The notes under the pieces are model-generated. The model did not search any database. It saw nothing but the letters and a program-made list of their open reading frames with translations, and was not told the origin of the DNA. The position numbers were made by a program, and so were the translations under genes. DNA of 64,000 nt from the human T2T-CHM13v2.0 reference genome, Homo sapiens. The stretch lies in NCBI RefSeq assembly GCF_009914755.1, contig NC_060928.1; one strand, 5' to 3'. Position 1 is the first letter of the stretch; every line of letters begins with the position of its first letter. Shown one piece after another: positions 53,224 to 64,000 of the stretch.

Positions 53224-53997
53224 ATATTCCCACAAAGGCACTGAAAGAATGTTCTTTTGACTTTCAAGTTTTATGCAATTTTCTTAACAGTAGTTGAATA
53301 TAACAACTTTCCCTTTCACTGCATTTTCTTTCAAATACTTAAAAAGCAGTCAGAACATATTTCTCAGTTCAATAATTTTCATTTCATAAAAACAGGCAGC
53401 ATTGTATGTAAACAATAGTGATATACAAGATATGACACTGAATAATCAGCTAATTCTTAAATACATTAGATAACAGAAAATATGCTAATATGAAAGGTCA
53501 CATGTCCTCCAATGTACATAGCAGATTCATAAAGGTTTATTTTTCTCCAAAACAAAATAAAATTTTTTAAAAGTCCATTTTTCCAGATGCTAATTATACA
53601 GGTGTGTTCAGTTTATGAAAATGCATATGTGCAACTTTCTGTACATTGTGCGTCAATAAAAAAGTACAGAGCAGGCATGACACACATACACTGAAGTAAT
53701 AAAATGAGACACACCCAAACAAGGAAAATTTCCCTGAGTAAGCTTTGATGCAGGACTGAAAAACCCCTCTACAAAAGGCACTACTTGGACTCTGCATATG
53801 CCACACGCCAACTGCCCATAAGCTACGGCTTCAACTATTTTAAAATATCAGCAAGCAGTAACAAACAGGTATAGGATAAAAGGGAAAGAGTATATCTTCT
53901 TCAGGACACACTGCAGGAGCAGAGAAATAAAAATACAAAATAAATGATGAAAGGCAAGAAATGCCTTTGTCAATAAGGCATCCCAGAGTAACACCTA

Positions 53998-54392
<395 letters not shown>

Positions 54393-54807
54393 TCAGATAA
54401 GCCACTCTTTTTCTACACAATTATTTTGCAACAAGTGTATTGTCTATTTTTACTAGCATTATCACAGGATGGAAATAATTACTACCAATGGAACAATAAG
54501 TGGACATAATGTATTCAGCCACTTTAGAATTTACAAACATGATAAATTGGCCAATAACTTGAGAGGATTAGAAGCATTTTCCTTCTGAAGTAGAATAAAG
54601 TATAAAAAGTCATAGTCTTGCTTACCCCTGTTCATAAAAACCTTAATAGGAGAAAAACAATTTTAATAAAATACATACACACACGCACACCAAGAAACCT
54701 CCTGATCTGTCCCTACCCCAAATCTAAAGCCTAGACTGTATTCCCAAGTCCACCTTTGTATTATCCACCACACTCAAGGAATGAGGTGACCTACCGATTT
54801 TACTCCT

Positions 54808-55189
54808 TGCTACTGATAGAATTATGTCCTCCCAAAATTCCTATCTTGAAGCCCTAACCTTTACCATGACTGTACTTGGAGACAGGGCCTCCAAGGAGAT
54901 AATTAAGGTTAAATGAGGTCATCAGGAAAGGACCTTGATAAGATAGGATTAGTTTCTTGCAAGAGACACCAGAGAGTTTTCTTTCCCCCAGGCCCAGAGC
55001 CCTCTATGTAAGGACACAGGGAAAAGGTGGCTATCTGTAAGCTAGGAAGAGGAATCTCACTAGGAAACTTATCAGCTGGCAAATGGATCTTGGACTTCTC
55101 AACCTCTAGAGCTGTGAGAAAATAAATTTACGTGGTTTAAGCTACATGGCCTGTGGTATTTTGTCACAGCAGCTGAGCTGACTAATACA
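54808..55189 (+). mobile_element. MLT1A-type MaLR solo LTR
   Basis: tgctac...gactaataca; TSD ctcct/cttct. Confidence 0.85.
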
Positions 55190-56534
55190 CTTCTCCATCC
55201 TCACTGCTTTTGCCATGGTTCCGAAACTCATGACATCTTTTGCATGGATTACTGCAATCGTCTCTGAACAAATCTCTCAGCCCAGTCTCCACGTATCAGT
55301 CAGTGAACTATCAAACACACAAATTCGGTATGTAACTCCACATGCTCAACCAGATAAAGTCTATGCTGATATTGCTTATAGTGCCAAATCACATTTTTGT
55401 CTCTAACAATAATAATAGCAGGTGCTATTGATGTAAACAGCAATTATGTGTCAGACACCATGCTCATATTTCCTATGAGACAGGCATTCCTATGTATCAA
55501 CTACAAGCTCATATTCAACCCTTGCCAAACATTCTACCAATATCCTTCATTCACTTTAGTCCACTCTTGTCAATTATTTCCCTGAGGCAACAAACTGTTT
55601 AGCAGCTCCATAACTTTTTGCATACACTCTATCTGCTTTCTTAAGCACCATTCAAAATTATAAACAGGCAGGTATTACCTCCTCTGTGAAGGCATCTTAT
55701 CAACCCCTCAAAATAGAATAAATCACTCCTTCCTTGACATATATCTATAATTTCTATACCAGAGCTTTGCAAAGCACTTGGAACATGTTTAAGAGATGTG
55801 AGAGAGGCTGATAAAAATGGCAGAAGAGATTGAGAAGCCTATTGTATTAGTTTTTTGCTATGCATGTGTGTATTTTTGTTTTAATAAACAGCCCTTTCCT
55901 TTCTTTGGCAGACACATACATACTTCCTAGGTGGTCAAATCAAAGAAAGATATACCAGAAGCTCTACCCAAAACCATCTCTATCACTCAACATGCTGAAT
56001 ATGGTTAATGAATCTGATTCCTTTTCATGCCATGGAAAAGGCTCCCTCCCACAGCCCTAAAATCCTCTCTGCACATTAATGTCAACTCTGTCCTCCAATT
56101 GTCTGACATTTTAACTGTCTGAACACCCAAGAGTGTTCACAGATCCAATTCTTAGATGCTCTAGCCCCAAGCACATCATTAGATACACAGAGATGAGCAT
56201 GCCTAATTATAAAATTCCAGTATGTGAAAGCTCCTTAATACGAAATTGAAGCTCTCCATGTTTTGACCTCCAATTGCAGTCTATGGCATGTATGCCACAG
56301 TCTAGATCAGTGACCCTCCAGGTACTGATCTGTGGATCTTCTGTACATCAACAACTGCTGTGGGTCCTACGAGTCTACACTTGTTACACCCTCCAATTAT
56401 AACTAGGATGTGTGACAAAATGTGGTAATTACAGTCCTAAGTTCTTGAGGCTTCCCAAACATGCTTTATACCAGCCCACCTGAGCCTAAGCTCATCACTG
56501 TCCTCCTCTTGGATAAAATCCCCCATCTAACATA

Positions 56535-56760
56535 CTGCACACAAGTTTGCAGTAAGACTAAATTAAAATCCCACCTCCTCCACTTTCTAGCAGTGTAAAC
56601 ATAGGCCCGTGCCCATGTCAATGTCTCTACTTCCTTTCCCATAAAATGGAAATAATCCAGGGTACCTAGCATTGGTGAGGATTAAATGAGATAATCCATC
56701 ATAAGTGACTCGCACATAGTGCCTAGCACGTACTGATGCTTAGTAAACATTCACTTCTGT
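56535..56760 (+). mobile_element. MIR
   Basis: gtgaggattaaatgagataat...catagtgcctagcac. Confidence 0.7.
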
Positions 56761-56913
56761 CACTATAATTATTTTCACCACTATAGTCATTCTGTCCCCA
56801 CAGTTAAATTTTCTGTTCTTTGAGGTCTAAAACACTTTCCTTCACAAGAGTTCTAGTGAACAAGAAATGCATCCTCTTCTCCGTATTCCTACACTATTTA
56901 CTTCTTAGAGTGT

Positions 56914-57487
56914 TGTCCTAGTCCGTTCAGACTGATTTAACAAAATACGAATGCTCTTGGACTTACAATGAAGTTACATCCCAATAAACCCATTGTATGC
57001 TGCAAATATTATAGACTGAAAACGCATGGCTGACTGGGAGCCAGGGCTTGCTGCCACTGCCCAGCATCACTAGAGAATTGCGGTTTCTCTCAAATGCATC
57101 ACATTCACTCCATCATAAAGTCGAAAAATCCCAAGTCAAACCATAATAAGTTGGGAAGCATCTGTACCTTAGATTGGGTAATTAATAAACAACAGAAGTG
57201 CATTGCTCAGAGTTCTGGAGGATGGGAAGTCCAAGGTCAAGGCGCCTGCAGACATCATAGATAATGCCTTCTATGTGTCCTCACATGGCAGAAGGGCAAG
57301 GGGAAAACAAACAAGCTCCTTCAGGCCTCTCTTATGAGAAGACTAATTCCATTCACCAGAGCTCTGCCCTCATGACCTAATAACCTCCCCCAAACCCCAC
57401 CTCTTAATACAATTCCCTTTGGCAGTCAGGTTTCAACATACAAATCGGGAGCGGGGGGTGGGGGACACACACATTCAGACCATAGCA
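56914..57487 (-). mobile_element. MLT1A0-type MaLR solo LTR interrupted by MER47
   Basis: tgtcctagtcc...cagaccatagca; perfect 5-bp TSD agtgt. Confidence 0.85.
56948..57164. mobile_element. MER47-family (TcMar-Tigger) MITE
   Basis: TA TSD; TIRs atgctcttggacttac...taagttgggaagcatctg. Confidence 0.8.
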
Positions 57488-57519
57488 AGTGTTTAACTAT
57501 ATTCTGCTGTTCCATAGAT

Positions 57520-57765
57520 AGTGTAATATAAATGCCAAGACTCTGAATACAGACAACTTGTGTTGAATTCCAATTCCTCCACTTACTAGCTTTATTATCT
57601 TGTGTATTTAACTTTTCTGTGCTTTAGTTTCTTAGTCAAAAATCATGGGAGTAATATTAGTACCTACCTCATAGGGCTACTGTGATAATTAAATGAGTTA
57701 ATACAGGCACAGCACTTATAACAACAACTGGACATTAAAAATTCTAAGTAAGTGTTGCCATTATC
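57520..57765 (+). mobile_element. MIR
   Basis: ccacttactagc...tagtacctacctcataggg...attaaatgagttaatac. Confidence 0.75.
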
Positions 57766-58049
57766 ACTATTATTTTATTATAATAAACTCTGCCAACAGG
57801 ACAAACCCATATAAGCTACACAATAAATACCAGATTACTTGCTTATAAGCATGGTGCATCATGTATATGCAGTACATGTTTAGAGAATGTATAAATAGTT
57901 GGCATTACAGACATGGCTGTGCATTTGCCCATGCTATCCTGACCCAATTCCATGAGGCAACAAAAGGGAAGTAACATTTAGGAGTACCTGCTACATGCCC
58001 AGCTTACCATATCACTCAATAAACAGCACCTTTTTACTTTACTGTGCTA

Positions 58050-58640
58050 TACCTTTAAACTACATCCTCAATTCAGTAACACTACCTATCTACCCTGCTC
58101 ACATCCTAGCCTAAGCCACCATCATATCTCTCTTAGACCACTGCAATAGCCTCTTAGACTGATATTCCTGATTCTGTCCTGAACCCCTCTCCCCCACACA
58201 GTAGATTCTCTCACTACAGGGGCCAGAACAATTAATGTCATAAGAAAAGTCACACCATATCACTCCCTATGACTTCCAAACTTAATCTTCCCTGACTTTC
58301 CCCTTCCATCACTTGACAGCCTCAGGGCCAGCCTCCTTTCTGTTCCTTCCTCAGACCTTACCTCTTGATCTTGTCTCTTTACAACCTTCTTCTCCAGCAT
58401 ATACGTATGTCTCCACAGCCACTCCATCACTTTGGTATGTCTCTGCTCAAATGCGCCCTCTTCAGATAGGTGATCCCTCCCTAATCTATGCTATACAAGC
58501 ATGCCTTGTGACTCACCATCCCTTATCCTTGCTTTATCTGTCTCCACGGCTTCTACTACTGCTGGTATCTGTTGACTGCTCTGAGAGGTCAGGGATCTTG
58601 TCTACTGTTCACTGCTCAGCTCAATAAATGTTTGCTGAAT
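58050..58640 (+). mobile_element. L2 3' portion
   Basis: ccaccatcat...ctgcaatagcctc...ctcaataaatgtttgctgaat. Confidence 0.7.
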
Positions 58641-58874
58641 AATTTCTCCCTTGCTTTGTGATGAGAAGTGGAAGGTGCACATTGTTTTAAAATGTTGTCT
58701 AAGTAACCAAGCTAGTATGGAGCGGATTGATTTCAAGCACAGATTTCTCCAATTCATCTAACCATTAACAGAGGTCCTCAAATCAGGAGTGAGTGTGAGG
58801 GGTGGGGCAGTAGGTATAAATTAGAAACATTCTAAACCATCTGTGGGACTTTTAAAAACTCATGGGTTGGGCCA

Positions 58875-59177
58875 GGCCGGGTGAGGTGGCTCATGCCTGT
58901 AATTGCAGCGCTTTGGGAGGCAGAGGTGGGTGGATTGCTTGAGCCCACAATTTCCAGAACAGCCTGGGTGACATGGTGAAACCCTGTCTCTAACCAAAAT
59001 ATACAAACATCAGCCGGGTGTGGTGGTGCACACCTGTAGTCCCAGCTACTCAGAAGGCTGAGGTGGGAGGATGGGTTGAGCTCAGGAGGAGGAGGTTTCA
59101 GTGAGCTGAGATTGCATCACTGAACTCCAGTCTGGGCAACAGAGCCAGACCCTGTCTCAAAAAAAAAAAAAAAAAAA
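58875..59177 (+). mobile_element. AluJ
   Basis: Full dimer; TSD atgggttgg. Confidence 0.93.
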
Positions 59178-59952
59178 TTAATGGGTTGGACAAGCTTCCC
59201 CCTAATGTCTCGAATAAGGAAAGCCACTATAGTAAGCCCCTCCCAAACTCCCTCCCCATTACCCATTACCAGTGGAGCTTTGTCATAAATCCCCTAGTTG
59301 AACAAGGAAAGCAAACAACTGAAAACCATGGGTTACTTCATTAAACCATGATGTCATTGAGACAAATTCTAGAATCACCTTTGCCTAACTATATGTTACA
59401 GGATGGAAAACAGCATAATACAATCGAATCAGTCATATGATCAATCCATTAAAACAAAAAGAGAGCATACCACTGAAAAATCAGAAACACATCCTTAGCA
59501 AAGTTAGAAACTTTGTGAGAAAATGGGCTTAATAGCAGTCAGAGGATCACACAACTAAGAAAAAAAGCTTAAAAATATAGATTTACAAATTAGGCTGCTA
59601 AATGAATCATGAAACTTTTCAACATTATCAATACAAGTCTTACAAATTTCCATAACAATAAGAGCTGGCCATATTCCAGAACAGTGGTTCCCAATGGATT
59701 GGAACTATATCCCTTGATTGGATTCAGAGATATATGACAAAATGCTTTTGCTGGTCTTAATGACCAACAAATGACTAAGTGACACCAGTAGACAGAAAAA
59801 GTGACTATGACATTCTGCAATAGTACCCAGATAAAAAATTCAAGTGTGATTTTTACTCCTTCAATTCTCTATAATTGATCAGTTCTCAATATGGTACCCA
59901 ACACTACGGATGATAAAAGAGAAAAGTGTCCCTGCCTTCAAGTGTCCCTGCA

Positions 59953-60217
59953 ATACACCACTTCAGTTTGATGTGCGTCCATGTACATGGCTAAACCTAT
60001 AAGTCTACATACCTTTACATTTAACTGCCCAAGAGTTAAGAGGCAATGACAAATTAAGGGAGAACATCTTTGTAATTGCCATATAAAGCAGTGGTAATAT
60101 AGAATTTAGTTTATCAAAACTTATTGTTGCATGTATCATTGTAGAAAGACAGCTCATGCAGGACTACAGTACAGCTGATATAAGGCAACAATATGAAGCC
60201 AAAATCAAATAACAAAT
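59953..60217. repeat. ~265-bp dispersed direct duplication, copy 1
   Basis: Aligns with 61603-61867; by hand about 32 differences in 260 nt. Confidence 0.95.
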
Positions 60218-60337
60218 TATTATTTGCTAATAAACTTATTGTGGAAAAATCACTAATTCCTTGGAAAACTGGACGTCTCCATATGGACAACATGCTGAAC
60301 TAATTAGCTGAGGGTACAGGTCTTCTAGAAGTCCACC

Positions 60338-60757
60338 TGATATGGTTTGGATGTTTTGTCCCCTCCAAATTTCATGTGGAAATGTGACCTCTGATGTTGG
60401 AGGTGGGTCTAGCAGGAGGGGACCTCGCAGTGGGAAGTCATGGGGGAGGATCCCTGATGAATGGTTTGTGTGGTCCTTGTGGTAATGAGTGAGTTCTCTA
60501 TGAGTTCATGCAAGATCTGCTTGTTCAAGAGAGCCTGGCACCTCCTCCATCTCTTGCTCCTTCCTGGCATCTGATATGCTAGCTTCCCCTTTGCCTTCCA
60601 CAATGATTGTAAACTTCCTGAGGCCTCACCAGAAGCTGAGTGGATGCCAGCTCCATGCTTGTACAGCCTGCAGAACTGTGAGCCAAATAAATCAATTTTC
60701 TTTATAAATTACCCAGTTTCAGGTATTCCTTTACAGCAATACAAGTGGACTAATACA
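60338..60757 (+). mobile_element. MSTB-type MaLR solo LTR
   Basis: tgatatggtttggatg...ggactaataca; TSD ccacc/ccatc. Confidence 0.88.
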
Positions 60758-61602
60758 CCATCTTTGCTTTGGTACAAAACACAGAAATAGGTACCGTGTT
60801 ATTTGCACATCAAGCAAACTAATATCAAGATATTCACTCCAAGTATAGATAAAGACATGTTCAACTTAACTCTTTCCAAGAACCATGTAAAAGAGGAAGT
60901 GTTTTAGAGAAAATATGCTTATGATTATATTCTTCCATCCCACAGTATAGAGCAGACTGCAAAAGGATGAAGGTCAGGCCTGCTAACTTATTTTTCTAGT
61001 CTGAGTGCTTAGCCCCCAGAAAAAGTATAAAACTGGTTGTTTGGCATCTCTCTCCTCCGCCATCCATTCACTTACCTTAGTGTGTGGCAACATCCGCCCC
61101 ATTAAACCCCTTACAGGAAGCCCAGTTCCCTCAATGTGGTCATCTCTTTAAATTGTGGTCACTCACAGGCTCTGACCTCCTCTGTACCCTGTTCTCTACC
61201 TCAACCACTACTTCTTTCCCACCCACCAAAACACATCCATCTTCTTTCATTCTCCCTCAGAATGACATTGATAATAATAATAACCAGTAGTTGTGGATGT
61301 TTGCAAACCATTTTTGTAGGACCTCATTTACTCCTCACAGCTGCAGAGGAGGAAAATCCGACGCTGAATGTCACGCAATAGATAAACAGTGGAAACACTA
61401 ACTTAAGTGTTTCTAAGAGTCAGACTCCACAACCTGTGCTATAAACTGTAAAGCCTCATAGTAGATATAAAATTGATTTAATAGTAAAGAGGTAGCAAAG
61501 ACTTAATAGTCTCCCTCTCCTTTGTCTAGCTGTTCATAAGGGCTTATATTCACACTAGGGAAATGCTGTTTAAATATACCATATCTTGCAAATTCAAGTT
61601 TT

Positions 61603-61867
61603 ATACACCATTTAAGTTTGATATGTGTCCATGTACGTGGCTAAACCTGGAAGCCTACATTCATTTACATTTAATTGCCTGAGAGTTGAGAGCCAATGAC
61701 AAATTAAGGGAGAACATCTTTGTAATTGCTATATAAAGCAATGGTAATGTAGAATTTAGTCTATTAAAATTTATTTTGCATCTATCACTGCAGAAAGACA
61801 GCTAACACAGGACTATAGTACAATTGATATAATGCAACAATATGAAGCCAAAATCAAATAATCAAAT
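61603..61867. repeat. ~265-bp dispersed direct duplication, copy 2
   Basis: Aligns with 59953-60217 at an offset of 1650. Confidence 0.95.
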
Positions 61868-61972
61868 ATGACCAAAATAAGTATTCACTGCCCACATGAA
61901 GTCAATGGTTATGGTAAAAAAACAAAAACAAAAACAAAAACAAATGTGCTTGACGAGAAAATAAAGTGTTAA

Positions 61973-62256
<284 letters not shown>

Positions 62257-62334
62257 GAAGAGAAAGTATTAACACAAAAAAGATACCTGACTATGATCTT
62301 AAAGGTTTAACTTCAAATGTGGTGCAAAAGTAGA

Positions 62335-62770
62335 TAAGGAGTGGAAGCAACCCAGATATCTATGAATGGATGAATGGATGAATGGATAAATAAAGTGTGG
62401 TATATACACAAAATGAAATACTAAGCAGCCTTAAAAAGGAATAAATACTGTCACATGCTACAATACAGATGAACCTTGAAGGTCATTATGCTAAGTGAAA
62501 AAACAGTCATAAAACAGACAAATACATGATTCCACTTACATAAGGTATCTACCGTAGTCAAATTCATAGAAAGTAGAACCATGATTACCAGAGAGGAGAA
62601 GAGAGGTAAGGAGTTGTTTAACAAGCATAGAGTTTCAGTTCTACCAACTGGAAATGGTCTGGAGATCTGTTTCACAGCATTGTAAATATACTTAGCGTTA
62701 CTGAACTATACACTTTAAAATGATAAGACGGTAAATTTTATAGTATGTGTTATTTTTACCCAGTAAAAAA
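62335..62770 (+). mobile_element. L1MB-type 3' UTR
   Basis: tggaagcaaccc...gatgaatggataaataaagtgtgg...gaaccttgaaggtcattatgctaagtgaaa. Confidence 0.8.
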
Positions 62771-63449
62771 GGAGATCAGAAAACAGACTAGAAGATTTGG
62801 GCCAGTCTCTCAGCTCTTATTCAAATGGAACTCCCTGTACATACCTGGACTTTTTTTCTCTCCTTTGGGAGCCAATTCAAGTCTTACAAGTATGGTAACA
62901 CCACATTCGTGAGGCTTCCCTGCCTATCCCATCCCTCCTCAATCCCTTATTAGTTCCACCCAGGCAGTAGTATAGATAGCACAATGCCCGAATTCCAGTC
63001 CAGGCTTCCCCACTTTTTAACTATGTAACTTAAGTTATTTAACTTCCCTGAAGCTTGTTTTTCTCATTTATAAAATGAGGGTAATATACCCTATATCGTA
63101 TAGTATTTCTATTAGAATTAAACAAGTAAAAATTTAAGATATATAAGAATACCTGACATGAGTTACAACTGCACCATAAACGTTGGCTAATATTAATTCA
63201 CCCATTGTATACAATATTGCCTTTAATCATATTCATACCACTATATTGCACTTGGTTTGAATGGAATTCTTCGGTCTGCATAGTAGTATTACATTCCTTT
63301 AAATTATCACTGTAAATCATTCTTCTAATAAACCCACAATGCACCTAACACAGCAGTTAACATAGTTTTATTAATGTAGTAACGTATACATGTAGTTAGA
63401 GTTGTAAGAATGATGATAATTTCACCTGAAGACTTAACACCTGGGACAC

Positions 63450-63660
63450 AAAGCACAGTGATTTACCAGGGATTCCAGCTCTGCCATGTGCTACCTGTGT
63501 GGCCTTGGGAGAATTCCTCTCTTTTCCTGAGCCTCACTGTTGTCATTTGTAAGCAGGGAAAATAATAGTGCCTACCTCACGGGGATATTTTGAGGATGAA
63601 ATGAGCGCATATGCATTAAAATCTTAGAACAGTGCCTGGTAAGCAACAAGCATTTAATTA
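63450..63660 (+). mobile_element. MIR
   Basis: ccagctctgcca...ctgagcctcactg...aatagtgcctacctcac; a second MIR lies at about 62960-63190. Confidence 0.7.
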
Positions 63661-64000
63661 GTGTCTTCTGGATGGAGAATAATGGAAATTTTAGCTGAAA
63701 ATAGGTAGGCTCTGGGCAAAATCATTTCATAGCTTTGATCAAGGAGTAAGGATTGTCTAAGCTATGTTTTGATTATTTTACTTATAGCACAATCTGAAAA
63801 ACACAATAAAAAAACCTAAAACTTAAAAACAATTTCCATCCAGTGAAGGCCACAAGTACAAATTCCTTTACTTAGTATAAGAACATATTAGTAGCATAGG
63901 AGGTACCTAGGTTTAGGTGTTCTGGATAATATCGCAATAGTTAAATGCTTGATAATCTCCTTAGCTTCTGTAAGTCTTTTCCTTTCAAGCTGTCCATCCA

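Overview
Primate, almost certainly human, genomic DNA: AT-rich, rich in Alu/L1/L2/MIR/LTR elements, and without a CpG island. The window holds the 5' part of ARAP2 (ArfGAP with RhoGAP domain, ankyrin repeat and PH domain 2) on the minus strand. Eight GT-AG exons (numbered 2-9 on the inference that a non-coding exon 1 lies beyond the right edge) splice into one frame: 905+59+77+92+354+70+121+179 = 1857 nt, codons 1-619, covering the SAM domain, a long disordered linker, PH1 and the start of PH2. Everything else is intron. I see no second protein-coding gene and no novel multi-gene system. The best leads are regulatory hypotheses about ARAP2: (1) a 15-nt microexon candidate with an SRRM4-type UGC that creates a stop codon at its junction with exon 7; (2) an ORF on a back-spliced exon 2 circle giving a SAM-only protein with a new C-terminus; (3) an out-of-frame uORF overlapping the start codon; (4) a 115-codon in-frame read-through of intron 9 followed by poly(A) signals; (5) an unexplained ~265-bp direct duplication in intron 1 that brackets a candidate 5'UTR cassette exon; (6) two sense-oriented LTRs. 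Repeat subfamily names are by-eye recognition, and old repeat boundaries are approximate.
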